A DNA stretch of 64,000 bases from the sequence record PX880101.1. One strand, written 5' to 3'. The position numbers were made by a program, and so were the translations under genes. This DNA comes from a phage. Position 1 is the first letter of the stretch. Every line of letters begins with the position of its first letter. The notes beneath the pieces were generated by a model. That model made no database searches and was not told where the DNA came from. It saw only the letters and a list, made by a program, of their open reading frames with translations. Below are positions 47,087 through 56,869 of this stretch, piece by piece.

Positions 47087-47630
47087 AGAAATCTCTCTCC
47101 TCAGTTTTCTTTATAAACTCCTGCATGTAGAACTCAATAGCCTCATGCTTGGTGCACTCCGGATTAATGACAAGATTGAGATCTGATTCTGCTCGTGCAA
47201 TGATCGTAGCTTTAGAGCATCTCCTCAAGAACTTTGTCATATCATCTCTGTAGTTTTTGTGGAGCGGGAAGTCGCTGTAGTCTTTCTCCAAATAGTCAGC
47301 CATCCGGCGCAACGCCTCTGATAAACTGCAATCTGTATACTCGTTACAGTATTTCATCCAGTATTTAAGCACATACCCCTCAAAGGTATTAGTGCATTGA
47401 GACAAAACACCCCTGCAACGACCAGTCAGATGATCATGATCTAAACAAGGCTTACGAAGTGGCTCGCACAAGATTGGATCAAGACCATCCTGCTCCTCTG
47501 ACAATTCTTTTCGAAAGTTGGCTATGTCCTTAGAATCTTTTAACCACCCGTTATGAACGGGAGCTTTGACAGCTTTCTTTCTTATTTTACGCTTTGCGAT
47601 AATCCCTCCAGATGCGCCCTGCCTATCCAA
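47025..47630 (-). CDS. endonuclease VII-like (T4 gp49 family) junction-resolving nuclease
   Basis: CLDHDHLTGRCRGVLSQCTNTFEG resembles the endo VII HNH-type core (C..C...DHDH..G..RG.LC..CN..EG) as recalled. Confidence 0.6.
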   Translation of the reverse strand: MDRQGASGGIIAKRKIRKKAVKAPVHNGWLKDSKDIANFRKELSEEQDGLDPILCEPLRKPCLDHDHLTGRCRGVLSQCTNTFEGYVLKYWMKYCNEYTDCSLSEALRRMADYLEKDYSDFPLHKNYRDDMTKFLRRCSKATIIARAESDLNLVINPECTKHEAIEFYMQEFIKKTEERDFYGDEKGIQSLRLSPDQDEIP

Positions 47631-48211
47631 TAAGCATCTGCAAGATCGGCCTTACCTTGTACCAAATTGATCCCATCTAGGAACCCAGGTTCAGATACTT
47701 CGCAGGCCTTAACCATCAACTTTTTATCCATCGTAACAGGTTTCTTCACAGTATGCTCTTTACCTGTCCTTTTGTCAAGCTTTTTCTTCTCCTCAAAAGC
47801 AAGTTCCTCAGGAAGATGACTACGAGCAAACTTTTTGGCAGTTGTTGGTGTCACTGTGTGAACCTTAAACAGGCCGTCATTTTCACAATCAGCTAAAGCA
47901 TCCCAAAGCATAACTTCGAGACCGTAAAACAACCCAGCCAGTTCACGTGTGGCATCCCCGCGTGATCCAAAGGAAAGCCCTTCCATAACCACGGTGTCAA
48001 CGTGGTGCGTGTGGATATAATATCTGACCTGTTTGCAGATCCAGTCAATACGCTCAGCAGCTGTTGCAAAAGAAACCGTCCCTGGTTTCTTCTCTTTTGC
48101 AGATGAGCTTTGAGTTCGTAACACAACCTTGTGAACAGGCTTTCCATCGTCCCATACAACGCAAGCTGTGTGTGTCAACGACTGGTCTATGGATAATAGA
48201 CGCTCTCTCAT
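47582..48211 (-). CDS. putative RuvC-like Holliday junction resolvase
   Basis: N-terminal LLSIDQSLTHTACVVW resembles the RuvC start ILGIDPG..TG.GV; candidate acidic residues VVMEGLSFG and ADLADAYW. Confidence 0.4.
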   Translation of the reverse strand: MRERLLSIDQSLTHTACVVWDDGKPVHKVVLRTQSSSAKEKKPGTVSFATAAERIDWICKQVRYYIHTHHVDTVVMEGLSFGSRGDATRELAGLFYGLEVMLWDALADCENDGLFKVHTVTPTTAKKFARSHLPEELAFEEKKKLDKRTGKEHTVKKPVTMDKKLMVKACEVSEPGFLDGINLVQGKADLADAYWIGRAHLEGLSQSVK

Positions 48212-48543
48212 GCTTCCTCATCCTCCTCTCCTTCATCAGGAGCATAAGCCTTATCTTTGAACAGGACGAGAGAGCAAAGCTTAACATCTGTTTCCACACT
48301 GGTGAACATGCATAACCGCTCGCCCTCAATCAGCTCACAATCCTCTTTTAAAACAGCAGACCATACACGGTCATCTGCGTAATCATCCGTGTACAGGATG
48401 TATGAAATGGTGTCATCTTCGTACAACCGCCACATACCTGTGGCAACAATAAATGTATTTTTTGTTTTAATGGTCCCTGTTGTATGATCATCCTCAAAAA
48501 CAGCTTCCATAATTGCATTATCTACAGAATTTTTAGTCATCAA
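48208..48543 (-). CDS. hypothetical protein
   Basis: ORF. Confidence 0.45.
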   Translation of the reverse strand: MMTKNSVDNAIMEAVFEDDHTTGTIKTKNTFIVATGMWRLYEDDTISYILYTDDYADDRVWSAVLKEDCELIEGERLCMFTSVETDVKLCSLVLFKDKAYAPDEGEEDEEA

Positions 48544-49679
48544 ATTGCTCCAACATTTCTAAGAACGTTAACAAGTTTTGTTTGATCATTGAATGTTCGC
48601 TTCATATACAAACAGTCAAAAATTATACTCATCCATTGACCTACGGAAATTCTACGATCAACACCATTGAAGTCAGTATACTTAACAACACCTTTCGGGA
48701 ACCACTTCTTGTACTGATCAATAATAGCCACCCACATCTCCTTTGGAGTGCTGCACTGAGACAGTAGGTAGAATGCTGAGGCATCCCCGAACTTACCCTT
48801 ACCGATAAGTCCTTGATACGGCTTGATATTGTCAGCAGAGTCACCACACAGCATTTGGTATCCGAAGAACAGCATTCCGTAACCACCAACCTCTCCATTA
48901 GGCTTCATGAAGATGTTCCCCATACCGTTATCGATCAGCATAGGGGTTTCCCTTACAAAATCTCCCTTATCGTTTCGCATGGGATCGAACACAAGCCCCG
49001 GTAGTGTTCTTTGGTCCTTATCAATAGAGATAATAAACTTGTTGAACTTACCTGTTTTTTGGTAGTGGTTCCAACCTTCAAATTGCTGAATAGCTAACCA
49101 GTCGTCAGCCTCGATACCGTTGATCACTTGAGCATTATACTGCTTTTGGAGATACTGTCTTGCATCTCCAAGCAGCAGTGGTCGAAGAGTATTGTTACGG
49201 TTGGCCTTGTATCTTTCCGGCATTGGAAGATCTAGTCTGAAGTTACCTGTGCCTCCCAACACCCCGACACATCGCTCTTCCGGAATACCCAGATAGTTAA
49301 GAACTGCATTAGCTTTACACTTAATTGTGTGTAAGCAGTTCTCTACAGGATCAGGGGTTTGGATATCCAAGACATCGAAATCTTCTCGTGTCCACGGAAT
49401 AAACTCCTTGCCAGCCTTTTTACATGCAGCTTCACGGTTGGTATTCTCAGCTTTTAACCAACCACCAACGGTGTTCTTCTGCCGCCCCCAGAACTCTGTT
49501 CGTGTTTTAAACATCTTCTTACGTCCGGAGGCTTTGTGTGTTACCTCAATTGTCCTTTTTTCACAACTTGCTGCAGCTTGATATGCAACCTGATCGAAGT
49601 CATAATAAACTATAGCGTCAGGTTCAAGAAGATCAGCCAGACAATCTATGGACTCAATAAGTGGATATTCTCTACTCAA
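48540..49679 (-). CDS. 5'-3' exonuclease / flap endonuclease (FEN / RNase H family)
   Basis: GIEADDWLAIQ and SIDKDQRTL motifs characteristic of the 5' nuclease family. Confidence 0.6.
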   Translation of the reverse strand: MSREYPLIESIDCLADLLEPDAIVYYDFDQVAYQAAASCEKRTIEVTHKASGRKKMFKTRTEFWGRQKNTVGGWLKAENTNREAACKKAGKEFIPWTREDFDVLDIQTPDPVENCLHTIKCKANAVLNYLGIPEERCVGVLGGTGNFRLDLPMPERYKANRNNTLRPLLLGDARQYLQKQYNAQVINGIEADDWLAIQQFEGWNHYQKTGKFNKFIISIDKDQRTLPGLVFDPMRNDKGDFVRETPMLIDNGMGNIFMKPNGEVGGYGMLFFGYQMLCGDSADNIKPYQGLIGKGKFGDASAFYLLSQCSTPKEMWVAIIDQYKKWFPKGVVKYTDFNGVDRRISVGQWMSIIFDCLYMKRTFNDQTKLVNVLRNVGAI

Positions 49680-49980
49680 AGACCCTCCTGTTAGTTATTC
49701 TGCAAGATGGTTGGATGCTGTAATGGAATGCATCATCACTCTCTGCAATAAGTGACTCAACATCCCAATACTTTTCAAAAAGGAACGGATTAGACCCCCA
49801 GTGGTGGGTTATTTTCATCAAGGAGTCTGGTATCATATAACCACAGATCTTAATTACATCGCCAGGTTGAATTGTGTTTTCATGAAGGTTGCTTGCCTTC
49901 TTCAGAATCATACCTTTATGATTCTCGTTTGCATACAACTGGACAATATCTTTATCTTCAACAATAAAAATTTTAAGCAT
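49672..49980 (-). CDS. hypothetical protein
   Basis: ORF. Confidence 0.4.
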   Translation of the reverse strand: MLKIFIVEDKDIVQLYANENHKGMILKKASNLHENTIQPGDVIKICGYMIPDSLMKITHHWGSNPFLFEKYWDVESLIAESDDAFHYSIQPSCRITNRRVFE

Positions 49981-50039
49981 ATCTAGTTCTCCTAGTTTAT
50001 AGATATCTGACCGATAATATCAGATTAATAACACTTTTG

Positions 50040-50333
50040 TCAAGACTTTTTAGTCTTTCTTGGAGAGCTTTTTGTTGATCTTTTCCTTTTGTGGTAGATT
50101 CCAAGTGCAGCGTTTTCTTGGGCGCACGTTTTAACAGTTCTCAGACAAGAACTTTCAGCTTTAGGCAGGTTTAACTCCCACCAACCAAGCCAGTAAAGTT
50201 CTGATTCAGACAACTGCTCAGATTCAGCCTTCCGATACAGGGCTTGCATACCTCTGATGATATCGTCCAGAGGTGTATCGAATACAAAAGCTGTCTTATC
50301 AAATTTCTCTTTTGCAGGTTTCTTAGCCATCAA
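50040..50333 (-). CDS. small basic protein
   Basis: Lys/Arg-rich termini. Confidence 0.4.
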   Translation of the reverse strand: MMAKKPAKEKFDKTAFVFDTPLDDIIRGMQALYRKAESEQLSESELYWLGWWELNLPKAESSCLRTVKTCAQENAALGIYHKRKRSTKSSPRKTKKS

Positions 50334-50787
50334 GGTAACCCTCTATCCACGAAAAGTCAGTCTTCCATTCTGGAACTTTACTAAGCTCACGCCACTCTGC
50401 AAAGCAGTCTCGGTAATACGCCTCTGCCATACCTTTGGTGATCTTATTCACCTTAGCCAACTGATTAACTGCTTGAGCATACTTTCCACGGATATTTGCT
50501 AACCCAGGATGCACAGATGTGTGACAATCTGGGCACAACGCTATCAGTCCGACAAGCCGGATCACTCCCTCTTCGAAAGTGTAAAGTTCATGACACTCCA
50601 CTGGATGTTTGCTGCCTTTACCTCCGCACACCTCACAAGTGTAGTTGGCTTCTCTGTAGCACTTCTTACGGATCTTATCCCACTCACTCTTCTTCACAGC
50701 GTTTCGTAGGTTATTATACCAAGCTGTTTCTGGGATCAGTTGCACAATAAGCCTGCGTTCAGACTTCATTAAACGTCCGTCTTCCAC
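50323..50787 (-). CDS. Cys/His-rich putative zinc-binding protein (HNH-like assignment not supported)
   Basis: CEVCGG...ECHEL...CPDCH cluster. Confidence 0.4.
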   Translation of the reverse strand: MEDGRLMKSERRLIVQLIPETAWYNNLRNAVKKSEWDKIRKKCYREANYTCEVCGGKGSKHPVECHELYTFEEGVIRLVGLIALCPDCHTSVHPGLANIRGKYAQAVNQLAKVNKITKGMAEAYYRDCFAEWRELSKVPEWKTDFSWIEGYLDG

Positions 50788-50796
50788 GTATTCTCC

Positions 50797-51003
50797 TCAT
50801 TCAAAGAAATGGGTGCGAGGACAAGATCCAGCCTCGCCTTGTTTCACAAGCTCGTAGAGCTCACCTTGACTTGTCTCATAAAGGCAAATACGTTTACCAT
50901 TGTCCCGATATACATCGACAAGATACGCTGTTTCACCTGCAAACACGACACCACAGGCCAGACATGCTGCCATGAACAAAATTGCCAACAGAAAATCTTT
51001 CAT
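50797..51003 (-). CDS. small secreted or lipoprotein-like protein adjacent to endolysin
   Basis: N-terminal signal-like LLAILFMAACLACGVVFAG. Confidence 0.4.
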   Translation of the reverse strand: MKDFLLAILFMAACLACGVVFAGETAYLVDVYRDNGKRICLYETSQGELYELVKQGEAGSCPRTHFFE

Positions 51004-51066
51004 GGTTAAACCCTCCTAAACATTTTATGAGGCAACAATACCACGTCCGTGTGGTTATGTCAATGA

Positions 51067-51537
51067 TCAATCAAGGACAACACCGCCTGCCTTTTTAAAC
51101 ACCTCGATCAACTTCTCAATCTTCTGTTCATGCTGACCATATCCAGCACCAGGTAACGAAGCCCAGCGGGAACGGCATTTATGGATAGCCTCGTGGATAC
51201 GCCCTTCGTCAATGTCGGCGAGAGCCTTGCACTCACGGATCAGTTGCAACGCAATCTTGTCCTGACTGGCAGGGCCAAAATCTGGCAATCCTAACTGTTC
51301 CATGTAGTGTTTAGCAAACTTCTCCAAAACCTGGTAACGCCCAGCAGCGGAGGAGGTAAGTTTAGCATTTAGCTTAACGTACACACCTGGATGCTTGCTG
51401 TAATCGCTAAACAGCTTGCCACCAACTATGACATCATAGCCCCGATCCTTGGTGGGTTGTCTACCATTATCTGTGCCTTCTGAATATGCGATCATATCCA
51501 AGAAAGCTTTTCGTTGAACATTTTTATCAAGTTTCAT
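51067..51537 (-). CDS. endolysin, lambda R-like lytic transglycosylase
   Basis: MIAYSEGTDNGRQPTKDRGYDVIVGG...ASLPGAGYGQHEQ matches phage lambda R sequence recalled from memory. Confidence 0.8.
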   Translation of the reverse strand: MKLDKNVQRKAFLDMIAYSEGTDNGRQPTKDRGYDVIVGGKLFSDYSKHPGVYVKLNAKLTSSAAGRYQVLEKFAKHYMEQLGLPDFGPASQDKIALQLIRECKALADIDEGRIHEAIHKCRSRWASLPGAGYGQHEQKIEKLIEVFKKAGGVVLD

Positions 51538-51661
51538 TTTTCATACTCTCCAGTTTACTCATAACTAACCAGATCAACAACACTACACAGTGTGGTTATG
51601 TAGGTGCCAATTGAAAAACCATCATTCGATTGGCTACCGTTACCTACTAAACCTTCCTACA

Positions 51662-52945
51662 TCATTCCAGAACCTCCCAAGTGTCTGGGTCAACATTTCG
51701 GACGCATATACCGACAGGGAATTGGTAGTTGTTGTCTTCTGTCCTTGATTGATATTTGAAGGTGACAAACTTGCCGATCATTTCCTGCATCCTGTCATAG
51801 CTACGCTCCTCGTGCGTGCCTTTCATCTTCATTTTAACAATAACACCTTCCTTGTCAACACAGATAAGAACACCTTCATCATTCTTATCTTTCTCAACGT
51901 CAATAACTTTCACCTCTGCGTCGTTGAACTTTTTCCATTTCAATGCTTCAGATGTTCGCTGACCGTACTCGTATTTACCGCAGAAATTACGCATGATAGT
52001 ACCTTCATATCCTTCGGACATGAATATACCAACAGATTCTTCGCAATGATCAACTGTGTACGCAAGCTCTGCGTCAACAACCTTGATATGGTCAAGCATC
52101 AGAGTGGTAACGGTATCCTCTGCATCCATAAGATCCTTGCAGCGTCCAGACTCTGTTTCTGGATCCCACCACACCTTGTCGCTAGGAATATCAAAAATGT
52201 GATACTCCAGATCGTAGCTACAGTACCCACCGTAACGCAAATCATCACGAACAGGCTCAACATCGACAGGAATATCTACCTTGTTGAAGTTTTTGTATGT
52301 TGATAAGCCTGCCTTAATTGCTGCATGACGGCGTTTTTTATCTGCCTCATAGTCTTTATCGATCTCGGCCTGAATCTCTTCCTGTGTGCGCCACCGTTTA
52401 GCAAGAGACACTATTTTCTGCAAAGGAAGACCATGAATGTATAGTTCCCCATCAAGTTGTTTAATCCCAGTGGTAGAATGGAAAGAACGAAGTTGCTCTA
52501 AAAGCTTTCCTTGAATAGGGTAGGACTTATTACCACGGGAAATAAATTTAGGCTCACCATTTTGGAAAACAACAAGCAGACGAAGGCCATCTAACTTACG
52601 CAAGATCCAGCAAGGTAATTTAAGTGCCTTGCCACGCTTCAGGTAGTCATGCACCAGCATGGGTAAAAGATCAACACCCTGCTCGCAATCTTCCATGTTT
52701 TCAACATACCCCAGACGGACTTGTTTTTCCCACTTGCTGATAGCCTCAAGCTCGGCCTGTTGCTCAGCTGTAGTCTCGTTGGCACGACCTACGTTCTTAG
52801 GTGTGCATACCGTCTCTTTGTACTGCAGTTTACCATCAAGCTTGCCAAACTCTACGATAACCTTATCACCATCCGTGAATACTTTCCACTGTTGGTAGCT
52901 GCCATCTTTATTCAGTGCGTACAGTGTTGTTTTGATCTGATGCAT
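51662..52945 (-). CDS. ATP-dependent DNA ligase
   Basis: Nucleotidyltransferase motifs: I LRKLDG, III LDGELYIHG, IV EGYEGTIMRN, V LKWKKF. Confidence 0.6.
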   Translation of the reverse strand: MHQIKTTLYALNKDGSYQQWKVFTDGDKVIVEFGKLDGKLQYKETVCTPKNVGRANETTAEQQAELEAISKWEKQVRLGYVENMEDCEQGVDLLPMLVHDYLKRGKALKLPCWILRKLDGLRLLVVFQNGEPKFISRGNKSYPIQGKLLEQLRSFHSTTGIKQLDGELYIHGLPLQKIVSLAKRWRTQEEIQAEIDKDYEADKKRRHAAIKAGLSTYKNFNKVDIPVDVEPVRDDLRYGGYCSYDLEYHIFDIPSDKVWWDPETESGRCKDLMDAEDTVTTLMLDHIKVVDAELAYTVDHCEESVGIFMSEGYEGTIMRNFCGKYEYGQRTSEALKWKKFNDAEVKVIDVEKDKNDEGVLICVDKEGVIVKMKMKGTHEERSYDRMQEMIGKFVTFKYQSRTEDNNYQFPVGICVRNVDPDTWEVLE

Positions 52946-53214
52946 TACTCGGTCTCTTCCTTAAAAATTTTAAACATCTCTTCTTTACTCATTACCAACC
53001 AGTCTCCCATAAAGTCAACTAGCCAATCTCCCTGGTACAAGACAAGGTTACCAAAAGGCTCGACAAGCTCACACATGCGACGAAGATCTCTGGTCCGAAC
53101 AGGTGACGATGTAAACACACCTGTATCAATCCACCGTTGCAGATCAGATACTGATGAAGAGCTTCCGTCAAACTGATGTGCTTCTACAGGTTTAGCAAGA
53201 TTAAATAACGGCAT
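52945..53214 (-). CDS. hypothetical small protein
   Basis: ORF. Confidence 0.4.
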   Translation of the reverse strand: MPLFNLAKPVEAHQFDGSSSSVSDLQRWIDTGVFTSSPVRTRDLRRMCELVEPFGNLVLYQGDWLVDFMGDWLVMSKEEMFKIFKEETE

Positions 53215-53509
53215 TGCAGTCCTCCTTCTGTAGTAGGTCTTTTATAGGATAAACAAGTAAGTGTGGGTCGTAATAACGTATAGTCCTATTCTGCCACACT
53301 ATGAACTTTATTACAACCAAATTTACAATATCTTTATCACCATGTAGCCCAACACACACATTTGTCCATATTTTGTGGTTGAAGACCTTGCTATCGATGT
53401 AGATTTTAGTGTCAAACTTATCTTCCATTCTACCAATAAGTTTGATCAGCTCCTTCATCTGGTCGCCAAACACAGCATCTTTTTCAAGATCTCTGGAATG
53501 CTTGTACAT
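53201..53509 (-). CDS. hypothetical protein
   Basis: ORF. Confidence 0.4.
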   Translation of the reverse strand: MYKHSRDLEKDAVFGDQMKELIKLIGRMEDKFDTKIYIDSKVFNHKIWTNVCVGLHGDKDIVNLVVIKFIVWQNRTIRYYDPHLLVYPIKDLLQKEDCNAVI

Positions 53510-53571
53510 AACTGACTACCTCACTGCATACTTTCCATAATAAGTAAAGCCGGGTAATCCCGGCTATGTTG

Positions 53572-54285
53572 TTAAATATACTCTGTTACATCCTTGAAGC
53601 TCGAAGGCTTCATAATCTTACCTTTACTGTCAAGGAATATAATAACTTTATTGCCGTTGTAGAACTCCTCTTTAGCAACGAAACCTTCGTAGCGACCACC
53701 AAAACGACGCTCAAGATCTTTAATCTCCAACTCGATGAGTTGTTCAGCAGGCATATCTGCACTGGCACCGTGTGAATGCCGTAGATGGTTGATCCGTGCA
53801 AACTTACTGTCATTAGATTTTAGAACCTTCCGCATCATCCCACACACATCCCCGCTAAGCTGGAACAGCAAAGCTGTTGATAACTCCGCTAGTCGGTAAG
53901 ATGACGCTCTTTGCTTGGATGTGTTTTTCGCAGCGATCAGTGTATCATAGAACTCACCGATCTTGAACTTAAGACCTCGCGGATTATCAAACAGGTTTGA
54001 CCACTTTTCGTGGTTATCATTAACAAGATAAGCTGCATAACTTGTGACAACGTGAAGATCGCAGGCCTCTTTTAGCAGGTGATCTCCACCATCACCTTTC
54101 TCCAGCTCTTCCAAAACCTCATTGAACTCTTCCTCAATGAAGCTAAGCTGTAATTCGAATGGTGTGTATGATTTTTTCACTTTAGCTGCCACACGGTTCC
54201 AGTTTTCCACCCAGTTGGCAGACCAAAGGTAGTTTTCAGGCTGGGACAGTTTTTCCAGGTTGTCGATCAGTTTAGTATTCAGCAT
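53572..54285 (-). CDS. hypothetical protein, possibly MazG-like NTP pyrophosphohydrolase
   Basis: EEEFNEVLEELEKGD...LLKEACDL resembles the MazG EExxE...D pattern; weak. Confidence 0.3.
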   Translation of the reverse strand: MLNTKLIDNLEKLSQPENYLWSANWVENWNRVAAKVKKSYTPFELQLSFIEEEFNEVLEELEKGDGGDHLLKEACDLHVVTSYAAYLVNDNHEKWSNLFDNPRGLKFKIGEFYDTLIAAKNTSKQRASSYRLAELSTALLFQLSGDVCGMMRKVLKSNDSKFARINHLRHSHGASADMPAEQLIELEIKDLERRFGGRYEGFVAKEEFYNGNKVIIFLDSKGKIMKPSSFKDVTEYI

Positions 54286-54298
54286 TAAAGGTCTCCTT

Positions 54299-55060
54299 TT
54301 AAAGTTCCATAAAGTTTTCTACAGTTTCAATAAATGCTTTATCAGAGAAAGCGTCAACAGCACCGTTAAACCATACAGGGATCCCGCGATCCTCATATTG
54401 ATAAAGGTCGCTACGTGAAATGCCACTTCCATCTGCACTCTGCGAATCATACTTGTTTACAATCAGCAGTTTTGTGCCTTTACAAGTAGCAGGAAACAAT
54501 TCCCAGTTAAAATTAATAACTGTGTTAGAACAACCTACCAGGATCACCATATCATTGCTTGTGAGAGATGTCAACAGGTCATACATGTCTGTATACTTAG
54601 GAGCAACCTCACCGAAGAACACTACATTGGGCTTAACCCAGGTATACTTGCCTGTATCTACCTCCGTGTATCCGATATTTTTAATTACATCATTACCTTC
54701 AGCATCTTCGTAGGTGATTTCAGGCAAATACCCGTGGACATGTAAAATATCTTCATGTTTTACACCAGCACGCTCCAGCAAATCATCTACATTGGTAGTA
54801 AGGTTGATCACACGACCAGACCAGCGGGAATACCACTCAGCGATCCGAAGATGTGCAAGGTTAGGATCAACACTGCCCAGAGCTACACGACGTGCATTGT
54901 AAAAGTCATGCACCTTATAGTAGTTCTTGGCAAAGGTGTGGATGTTGCACACCTCATCGATGCTGAAATTCTCCCACATTGCAGTGCTACCAGATCGGAA
55001 AGTGGGAATACCAGATTCAGCGCTCAAACCAGCACCGGAGATAATAATCAGTCGTCGCAT
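54299..55060 (-). CDS. Sir2-family (sirtuin-like) NAD-dependent enzyme
   Basis: GAGLSAESGIPTFRS and NVVFFGE match sirtuin signatures; no CxxC zinc ribbon seen. Confidence 0.7.
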   Translation of the reverse strand: MRRLIIISGAGLSAESGIPTFRSGSTAMWENFSIDEVCNIHTFAKNYYKVHDFYNARRVALGSVDPNLAHLRIAEWYSRWSGRVINLTTNVDDLLERAGVKHEDILHVHGYLPEITYEDAEGNDVIKNIGYTEVDTGKYTWVKPNVVFFGEVAPKYTDMYDLLTSLTSNDMVILVGCSNTVINFNWELFPATCKGTKLLIVNKYDSQSADGSGISRSDLYQYEDRGIPVWFNGAVDAFSDKAFIETVENFMEL

Positions 55061-55068
55061 AAGTGTCC

Positions 55069-55449
55069 TCAGTAGATGTTTTGTTTAATCTCTATTCCAA
55101 ACTTCTTGAATGAGTCAGCAGCAAGCATAAATTTACGAGCTGCCGATGGATTAGAAGTATGCACGAAAATAATCACGTTGTCAATAAGTGGTGGCTTTCC
55201 GAATACAAGTTTCTCCTCTAGCGCAGAGAAGCAGTCGTACCCTTCAAGCACTTCACCTAGATCATTGTCAAAATGCCACTCAGAAACGCGCCTGTAGAGC
55301 TTTCTATTATCGTTAATAAAATCCATGAACTCAGAAGAGTTCTTCAGCCAAAGAGCATCTTGGATTCCGTAATTTGACGGATCTCTCAAGTCATCTAGCC
55401 ACACAATCAACTTCTTCATTGCATATAGTCCTCGTTGTGAAAATAGCAA
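55069..55449 (-). CDS. hypothetical protein
   Basis: ORF. Confidence 0.4.
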   Translation of the reverse strand: MLFSQRGLYAMKKLIVWLDDLRDPSNYGIQDALWLKNSSEFMDFINDNRKLYRRVSEWHFDNDLGEVLEGYDCFSALEEKLVFGKPPLIDNVIIFVHTSNPSAARKFMLAADSFKKFGIEIKQNIY

Positions 55450-56333
55450 TCAAGTATCTCACGGCGTTCCTGCTCCAGGAGGCAGTTCCACACATCTTCT
55501 GTGTAATTGCTACGAATGAAGTTTACCATGCCATAAAACTCTTCGTCAATACGTTTAAAGATATCATCATCCCAAATCTTCCAAGCTTTACCCCTCATTA
55601 CGGCCTTCCGTGCCAAATAGTATGGAGACTTGATCTTCAGCTGCAGGTCATAAGGGTAGTAAGGCTTACGGATCATATACCCTTCGCCCCTTGTTTCTGC
55701 AGCTAATTCTTTTGCATAGCTGAACGGGATTTCACGCACAGTGTGAGGACGTTTTGCACCAAGGTATTTGGCAATCCCATCTAAAGCTGCTTCTGGTAGC
55801 ATTATTCCAGAATCATTATATCTGCAACCTATCAAATATGCGCCATGGTCTTCTTGAACAATATGCGGATCTGAAGGGTGACAAATTTCAAACATGAATG
55901 TCATGTTTTCATTGCCCATAACCTTCTTGATAAGATCTAAATTACCACATTGCTCTTGGATGGTTTCCTTTGCAAGGTTACAATATGGAGAATCAAGAGA
56001 CCCGGTTGTTGAGAACAATAGGTCACCTTTATGAGATGATACCACACCAAGGAATCCGTTCTTTTTCTCTACCGCAGTCACAAGCTTATTGTCAGGCAGG
56101 TTGGTGGAGTTTTCTCCCAAGTTAAACACTTTTGTGAAGGGCCATGCCACAACATTTCCTTCATTACCTACAACAATGCCTCGGCACTCCAGTAAACGAG
56201 GGGACAAATGCCATAAATTGTTGTAAAATACTTTTCTAGCATATTTATAGATCTTTAACCCGAGATCTGGGTAATACCTACTGGTTACAAGACCTTTGTC
56301 AACTAGGTCGTCTGCATTAAAATACTTCATCAT
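55416..56333 (-). CDS. putative RNA ligase (Rnl2-like nucleotidyltransferase)
   Basis: Candidate motifs I EKKNG, III FMFEI, IV EGYMIRKP, V LKIKS; no DNA-ligase OB fold evident. Confidence 0.45.
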   Translation of the reverse strand: MMKYFNADDLVDKGLVTSRYYPDLGLKIYKYARKVFYNNLWHLSPRLLECRGIVVGNEGNVVAWPFTKVFNLGENSTNLPDNKLVTAVEKKNGFLGVVSSHKGDLLFSTTGSLDSPYCNLAKETIQEQCGNLDLIKKVMGNENMTFMFEICHPSDPHIVQEDHGAYLIGCRYNDSGIMLPEAALDGIAKYLGAKRPHTVREIPFSYAKELAAETRGEGYMIRKPYYPYDLQLKIKSPYYLARKAVMRGKAWKIWDDDIFKRIDEEFYGMVNFIRSNYTEDVWNCLLEQERREILDCYFHNEDYMQ

Positions 56334-56395
56334 ACGTTCCTCATTTGTCGTTTTGTCAGTCTATCCTGTCACACAAATAACCTAGTGTCAACACT

Positions 56396-56424
56396 TGAAA
56401 TTAACAAAACAGTTAGATATACTA
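56396..56424 (+). promoter_or_regulatory. sigma70-like promoter (TTGAAA-N17-TATACT)
   Basis: Hexamers upstream of the kinase gene. Confidence 0.45.
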
Positions 56425-56451
56425 TCGTTGAAATTAAAACGGAGGGTCACT

Positions 56452-56862
56452 ATGTCTAAAATGCTATATATCGTGCGTGGTCTACCAAGGTCTGGCAAAT
56501 CAACACTGGCAAATGCGCTATCTTTAGAGGGTCTGTATCCACATTTTGAGAACGACATGTTCTGGTATGACGATGACGGCAATTACAACTGGGATGCAAG
56601 TAAAGTAACACTCGCAGCGAAATGGTGCAAAGATAACGTAGAAGATATGATGCGTATGGGATACGACCGTATCGTGGTAAGTAATACGTTTACAAAAGAA
56701 AAACATGTGCAGGAATATGTTGACATGGCAATCAGTCATGGGTATAGTTATACCGTGATCGTGGTTGAAAACCGCCACGGTAATAAAAGCATTCATGATG
56801 TTCCAGACAAGGTTGTGGATCGTATGGAACGCCAGCTTAAAAACTGCATTAAACTTAAATGA
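56452..56862 (+). CDS. P-loop polynucleotide-kinase-like protein
   Basis: Walker A GLPRSGKST at N-terminus; start set at ATG after ggaggg RBS. Confidence 0.5.
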   Translation: MSKMLYIVRGLPRSGKSTLANALSLEGLYPHFENDMFWYDDDGNYNWDASKVTLAAKWCKDNVEDMMRMGYDRIVVSNTFTKEKHVQEYVDMAISHGYSYTVIVVENRHGNKSIHDVPDKVVDRMERQLKNCIKLK

Positions 56863-56869
56863 GGAATGT

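Noticed and set aside
50323-50787. HNH homing endonuclease assignment
   Set aside because: Cys/His clusters are present but I could not align the canonical HNH motif spacing; kept as a generic zinc-binding protein.
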